64,000 nt of DNA, from NCBI RefSeq assembly GCF_031769215.1, contig NW_026782194.1, positions 248,001 to 312,000 of the forward strand, read 5' to 3'. This document shows positions 60,001-64,000 of this stretch, piece after piece. The DNA comes from Ylistrum balloti. Taxonomy: Eukaryota. A program made the translations under genes and the position numbers. The first letter of the stretch is position 1. Each line of letters begins with the position of its first letter. The notes under the pieces are model-generated. The model searched no databases and was not told where the DNA came from. It was given only the letters and a program-made list of their open reading frames with translations.

Positions 60001-63000
60001 GATGATGTGGAAACAGAAAATGTAGCCATGGAGGTTGAAGAAGGCGAAATTCTGGACCCAACAGAAGTATCAGTTTCTGTCCCTGTAGAGACAGATGTAC
60101 CACATGGACAGAAACGGCCAGCAGAGTCGCCCCTGGACCTGGGACCTGCGACCTCATTGGAATTGAATCCCACCCTTGAGTCCTCCATCGTGGAGAGCAA
60201 CACTGAGGCAGGCCAGAGCGAAGACAGCAACACTTCCTTTAAACTCAAAATCAAGGTCAGCTGCACGTTACATTTTCTCTGTAAATAATTTCGTTTTATG
60301 AATGGAATGGCAAGTGGTTGACCATTATAAGGTGGAGGTGCTGTCAATGCTTTCTGTTATCCATTACAAAAACAATCATGCATGTATTAATTAAGCAGTA
60401 AATTGTCATTAATTTGATTGATAGATAATTGATTATGGTAAATTTTGCATTATGCATGTTTTTGAATGTAAGAATGTTTCAGCGTCAGTTATTAGTTGCC
60501 TGTCTATATTAATGAAGATTTTCCCATATTCATTTTCAGAGATGTTATAAAAGATATAATTCCTTTGCACTGAATGATTTGCCTGGCATGACACTGGTAC
60601 CAATTGGCATGTTGTTGTTGCAGCCTAATTGTCATCTTAATGTTGTGTTGGTTGATTGTTTGTGGTTTGCTAACAGATTGGTGGTGCATCAGCGGATAGT
60701 ACCCCTTCCTTCCTACCCTCAGTGAGGGAGGAGATCCGTCCACAGCTACCTCCCACGCCATCCTCAGCTCCAGTCTCTGCATTTTCTTCTGAGTTCTTCA
60801 AGGTTGTTGGGGTACAGCATGTCTTTATGAGCTTAAGCTTACATTAGATTCAGTCGCGGCATTTAGTTTGATCTGCAGGCAATAACAGGAATAGTTAATG
60901 CACATAAGCTAGTAGGAGAAGCAAATGTGGTTTGTACAAGTCATGGTCACACCAGTAAGGAGAAACAGCAATTGTTTATTGTAAAGATATAACCTGCGAT
61001 CACACATGTTAGAAGAAACAGCTATGGTTTTGTGTAAAGATAATGCATGGGTCACACATGTTAGAAGAAACAGCTATGGTTTTGTGTTAAGATAATTCAT
61101 AGGTCACACATTTTGGGAGAAACAGCTTTGGTTTTGTGTAAAGATAATGCATGGGTCAAATATGTTAGAAGAAACAGCTATGGTTTTGTGTTAAGATAAT
61201 TCATGGGTCACACATGTTGGGAGAAACAGCTATGGTTTTGTTTAAAGATAGCTCATGGGTCACATATGTTAGAAGAAACAGCTATGGTTTTGTGTTAAGA
61301 TAATTCATGGGTCACACATGTTGGGAGAAACAGCTATGGTTTTGTTTAAAGATAACTCTTGGGTCAAATATGTTAGAAGAAACAGCTATGGTTTTGTGTT
61401 AAGATAACTCATGGGTCACACGTCTTTTGGTGTTAAAATAGAATTTATGGGTAACACACATTATGGGAAATAACAATGGTTTGATGTAAAGATAATAGCA
61501 GTAGCTGTAATGTCACAGTCTAGATAAAACACATGATGTGGTGTATCAGTAGCAATGTATGTCAGTTTTTTATTAGGTCACCTGAAATGAAATTTCAAGT
61601 GTCCTATTGCGGTCACTTTTTGTGCGGCGTTGTCTGTCCTCCATCATAAACAATGTACATTTACATTTTTCTCAATAACCAAAAGGCCAAGGGTCATGGG
61701 ATTGGGCCAGTAGCAAGCTGGGATGAAGGGCTGCCATGTCTGTTCTAATGAATGACCTTAACCTATTTTGAAGATCACAGGGGTCAAATGTGTAAAATCT
61801 TTTGACTGCTTCGTCTCAATAAACAAATGGTCCAGGGTCATGATATTGGACCAGTAGCATACTGAGATAAATGGTTATCACGCTTGTTCGAATAAATTAC
61901 CTTGACCTTCTGTCAAAGGGTCACAGAGGTCAAATATGCTAAACTACATCAACAGACAGAGGTATCAATTCCGTTTAATTTAAAATTAAGCCATCAAACT
62001 TAGAAATATATAAAATTTTTGTAAGTATGAATATATCAGTTCTGTTCTGTCTGACCATATGCTGGGGCTTGTGGACAGGTTCTGAAACTGTCCAAAGACC
62101 TGAAGACCTCAGGTGACTGTTAAGGCCCATGGGCCTCTTGTTGTCATTCATTTTGCAGTGAATAGATAAAATACCTAACACCAGATATGCTTGAAGTTAA
62201 CCTTACAATCTAACTTCAATATTTCTACAAATTTAGATTTTTTTAAGTTGTCTGTGATGTCAACTTTGATTTGTCATAAAAATTCAGTTTTGGTTGAGAT
62301 TCTTAATTACTAATAACTAATTGACTAACACATTTAATGTTTTGCATGTTTTTTATGTAGCTGATGTGTTAATATATATCATGGTTAGAAAATTAATGTG
62401 TAGTGTGATCATTGTGGACATTCGAATACATCACCTTTCCTAATGTATTTTTTGTATGAAATTCCAATTAATTCAAATAGATTCATTGCTTCTTATTTAA
62501 ATAATGAATGATACATTTTTTTATTTTGAAGAAATCATTGTAGAAGATTTTATTACATGATAAAGTAATAAAGGAGACCATGATTTCAGGTTTAGTTTTT
62601 CATTTTTTTACGAAATTAATTTAAGAATGAAATCTGTATGTTAAATATGCATCGTAGTTTGTTTGAAATGACAGAAGTAATTATTCTATTTTTAAAAGAT
62701 GAAGGCAGAGGAGGACTCTGTCTCGAAGGTATCTGTCCAGTCCATTCCTGCTCCACAAACAGGAGGCTCTGTTTCCATGGATACCATTGGTAGACTGAGT
62801 GAAGATTCATTGTCTCCCATACACTACAGTACTGGTATGTCTACAAAATCACTACTTAAAATTATTTTATCAGGTGAATGTTTTGTCAAAAGCAGTGAGT
62901 GCACTTTTGATATTTTAAGATTCTGAGCTTCCCTATGATAAATCAGTTAATGTATTTTATGAAACTATTGAATATACAAGCAGTATTTCAGTGATTGTAC

Positions 63001-63363
63001 ACATATCAAAGCTGTATAATTGTCTACAATTATGGATAATTTTCAGAGACAAAAGGAGGCAGCAAACCACCGATGTCCTTTGCAGGGTTGTTGCCTGGAT
63101 CTCAGACATCAGGAGGTGAAACGTCGATACAGACAAATCCAGACGATCCATCTTCTAGCAAATCACACAAGGCAAAGAAAAAGAAGAAAAAAAATAAACA
63201 CAAACATAAACATAAACACAAACACGATAAATCAGAACGTGATCGCGAGTCATCAGAACGGCCCAAGGACGCTGCAGGACATTACAGCTCGGAGACAAGT
63301 ACTATTAACTCACCAATAGTGAAACTAGACCCTCCAAGTTCACCCGAGTTTGAGATTATATAA
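36084..63363 (+). CDS. TAF2: Transcription initiation factor TFIID subunit 2 (32 coding exons, about 1294 aa)
   Basis: Exons: 36084-36150, 36860-36912, 37232-37304, 37944-38034, 38595-38713, 39705-39846, 41350-41544, 42237-42339, 42917-43035, 43449-43562, 43952-44051, 44204-44401, 44773-44865, 45343-45404, 45747-45861, 46108-46217, 47620-47685, 48489-48621, 48983-49102, 49270-49410, 49601-49711, 50018-50103, 53825-53941, 54482-54621, 55081-55150, 55798-55902, 56522-56621, 59374-59445, 59974-60255, 60677-60811 (donor uncertain, 60802 also in frame), 62699-62834, 63047-63363. Recognisable TAF2 segments include [61 protein letters not shown] and the C-terminal [16 protein letters not shown]. Phases are consistent. 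Confidence 0.96.
37305..37943 (+). other. U12-type (minor spliceosome) GT-AG intron, TAF2 intron 3
   Basis: Donor GTATCCTTT at 37305; branch point TCCTTAAC at 37927-37934, 9 nt before the end of the intron. Confidence 0.9.
39060..39545 (+). mobile_element. Degenerate HINE-like remnant
   Basis: gggtcaaaggtca module and 3' tcaggtgaccattgagacacttgggtcact, resembling the ends of the other HINEs. Confidence 0.4.
40085..40949 (+). mobile_element. DINE-1/HINE-like element with internal ~165-bp tandem core
   Basis: Subterminal inverted repeat gggccccgca / tgcggggccc, (gtcc/gtct)n microsatellite, three to four copies of a core containing gatgaaacttgcttatgatacttggtacataagtccc, 3' end ctagtt. It is inserted into a host 40-bp tandem array. 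Confidence 0.72.
45405..45746 (+). other. U12-type (minor spliceosome) GT-AG intron, TAF2 intron 14
   Basis: Donor GTATCCTTG at 45405; branch point TCCTTAAC at 45727-45734 close to the acceptor AG. Confidence 0.88.
50300..50340 (-). ncRNA. Minimal type I hammerhead ribozyme (mirror copy)
   Basis: Exact reverse complement of 52551-52591. Confidence 0.85.
50613..51191 (-). CDS. Accessory PLE ORF (192 aa): histone H3-tail-like N-terminus, two C2H2 zinc fingers, acidic Ser-rich tail
   Basis: ATG at 51191. Starts [13 protein letters not shown], then CIKC-x12-H-x4-H and CKIC-x12-H-x4-H, and ends with [15 protein letters not shown]... The frame is intact in this arm. Confidence 0.82.
   Translation of the reverse strand: MARTKQTPRKQATDQKTQVKPRILCIKCGKTYSSLENLRRHADKVHTMLKTWHRCKICKHTYGRKGAYKEHLKKKHPGYQVEPEIFQDDTRMNATKPEDKSPFEVLTKKQLQQVKFRLKPAEGPYDTVGPAHKNYRPVLDLALEELKKDLELSDSDDTASNSNISSTVDYRRLGYQSESTSTVCLDERVYDD
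51191..51616 (-). CDS. C-terminal GIY-YIG endonuclease domain of a PLE ORF (5'-truncated, RT domain absent)
   Basis: Open frame from the inversion junction: [22 protein letters not shown]...[17 protein letters not shown]...RIRNH...RIEESWI...GLN. This shows the GIY/YIG boxes with internal CxxC, conserved R, H, E and N, and an upstream Cx3CxxC linker motif described for Neptune PLEs. Confidence 0.9.
   Translation of the reverse strand, partial: DSIRPGSCPCGKNCRICAHMKPTIHFTSHTTRSEYKVQGQITCQSVNAVYLISCKKCGMQYVGQTSTTINTRIRNHLYSIINKHPDKPVAGHFTSPGHSTSDVIVTGLLSNVSDNNRRLRIEESWIRILRTTQPEGLNIIS
51699..52278 (+). pseudogene. Disrupted second copy of the H3-tail/C2H2 ORF in the inverted pseudo-LTR
   Basis: Mirror copy with a +1 A frameshift near 51975 (ATGAAACGC vs ATGAACGC) and CGA>TGA at 52261. 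It can still encode a 95-aa product with the H3-like tail and both fingers. Confidence 0.85.
52551..52591 (+). ncRNA. Minimal type I hammerhead ribozyme in PLE pseudo-LTR
   Basis: tgtc-CTGAAGA-a-gccc-actgttc-gggc-GAAA-ccg-GTA-gaca: stem I tgtc/gaca, stem II gccc/gggc, palindromic stem III accggt, predicted cleavage after 52587. Confidence 0.85.
54592..54920 (+). repeat. 59-bp tandem repeat spanning the TAF2 exon 24 donor (6 copies)
   Basis: ctgttgaggctgtggtagactacatcaaaa|gtaggtgaaatattctc starts at 54592, 54651, 54710, 54769, 54828 and 54887. Confidence 0.92.
56565..56877 (+). repeat. 85-bp tandem repeat spanning the TAF2 exon 27 donor (4 copies)
   Basis: gacctctacttcaccttgtat...ctgag|gtaagtcac starts at 56565, 56650, 56735 and 56820. 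Confidence 0.95.
57204..58205 (+). mobile_element. Non-autonomous Helentron-like element (HINE)
   Basis: CG-rich microsatellite (cgtcgtc/cgccgtg) near the 5' end, internally repeated aaatgaatgaccttg and ggggtcaaatatg modules, 3' palindrome aggcccatgggcct followed by cttgtt. Confidence 0.75.
58397..59099 (-). mobile_element. 5'-truncated L2/CR1-group LINE fragment
   Basis: Post-RT C-terminal motifs IRQFITT...[17 protein letters not shown]...[11 protein letters not shown]...HITPVL..LHWLPV and PEYL...RSLRS...LWNSLP...[10 protein letters not shown], with a frameshift near 58870. 3' stem-loop agcgca...tattttg a caaaata...tgcgct at 58433-58470 and a (TAT)n tail. Confidence 0.88.
61010..61420. repeat. 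51-bp tandem array
   Basis: Unit gagaaacagctatggttttgtgttaagataattcatgggtcacacatgttg. Confidence 0.9.
61571..62142 (+). mobile_element. Non-autonomous Helentron-like element (HINE), same family as 57204-58205
   Basis: Subterminal inverted repeat aggtcacctga / tcaggtgact; 3' palindrome aggcccatgggcct followed by cttgtt; shared internal modules. Confidence 0.78.
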
Positions 63364-64000
63364 GGCACTATGGTTACAGGAGAATTTATCCTCTGCCACT
63401 AAAAGTGTTAGTGATTAAACTCATTTATATAAGTTAACTACAGTGTACTAATGTCAGTGTGTGGAGAATGTCTCGAGTCGGTCAACTCCTGAAAGAACAC
63501 AGTAGTCATTGTGTGTGTAAGAGTGAAGAGATGTCAGAAAGTGTTCCATTGATGTGCTAGTCACTTTCTAAATGATGAAAAAGTGTAAGTATTTTGAATA
63601 CTTAAAAGAGGGAGGTAAATTGTTTTCTTAACTATCATACATCTTGAACAATTTGTATGTTTCAGTCTACACTACTGTAAATGTGTATACTTTATCATCT
63701 TCTGTGTATCTGCTTGGTATCGTGATGAGTATGTGATTGATTTTAAAATCAGGAGTATTCAAATTAAACTAATACAAGAAATATTAAGATCATGTCTCAG
63801 TTTTCTTTTCATGGTGTTTTACCTGAGGGCTTTTCCAGTAAAACATGACCCCAGGACATGTTTTACAAAAATCATTAACTTCTATCCATGGTTCTGTTAC
63901 TGTCCTTTACTTCTAACCAGTTTATTTAAATTCTATGAGTGTTATCCAAAAAACCTGGCTTCCTGGAATGGGATAGATGATTTACTGGAATATCCCGAAG

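Overview
AT-rich animal genomic DNA, probably from a bivalve mollusc (inferred from Helentron/HINE-type elements and intron style). Two spliced housekeeping genes lie head-to-head, with 395 bp between their start codons. ARFGAP1 is on the minus strand (11 coding exons, 35688->3478, about 530 aa) and TAF2 on the plus strand (32 coding exons, 36084->63363, about 1294 aa, two U12-type introns). Introns hold many tandem arrays, several of which are copies of the exon end plus its 5' splice site, as well as HINE-like non-autonomous elements and an L2-clade LINE fragment. The standout is a young 2.5-kb Penelope-like retroelement (PLE) insertion in TAF2 intron 22 (50259-52765, 14-bp target-site duplication). 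It has two ~1-kb inverted pseudo-LTRs around a GIY-YIG endonuclease fragment. Each pseudo-LTR carries a minimal hammerhead ribozyme and an accessory ORF that starts with a histone H3 tail look-alike (ARTKQTPRK) followed by two C2H2 zinc fingers. That ORF is joined to the endonuclease ORF by a TGATG stop/start overlap and is intact only in the left arm. All exon structures and alignments were worked out by hand; no database search was run.
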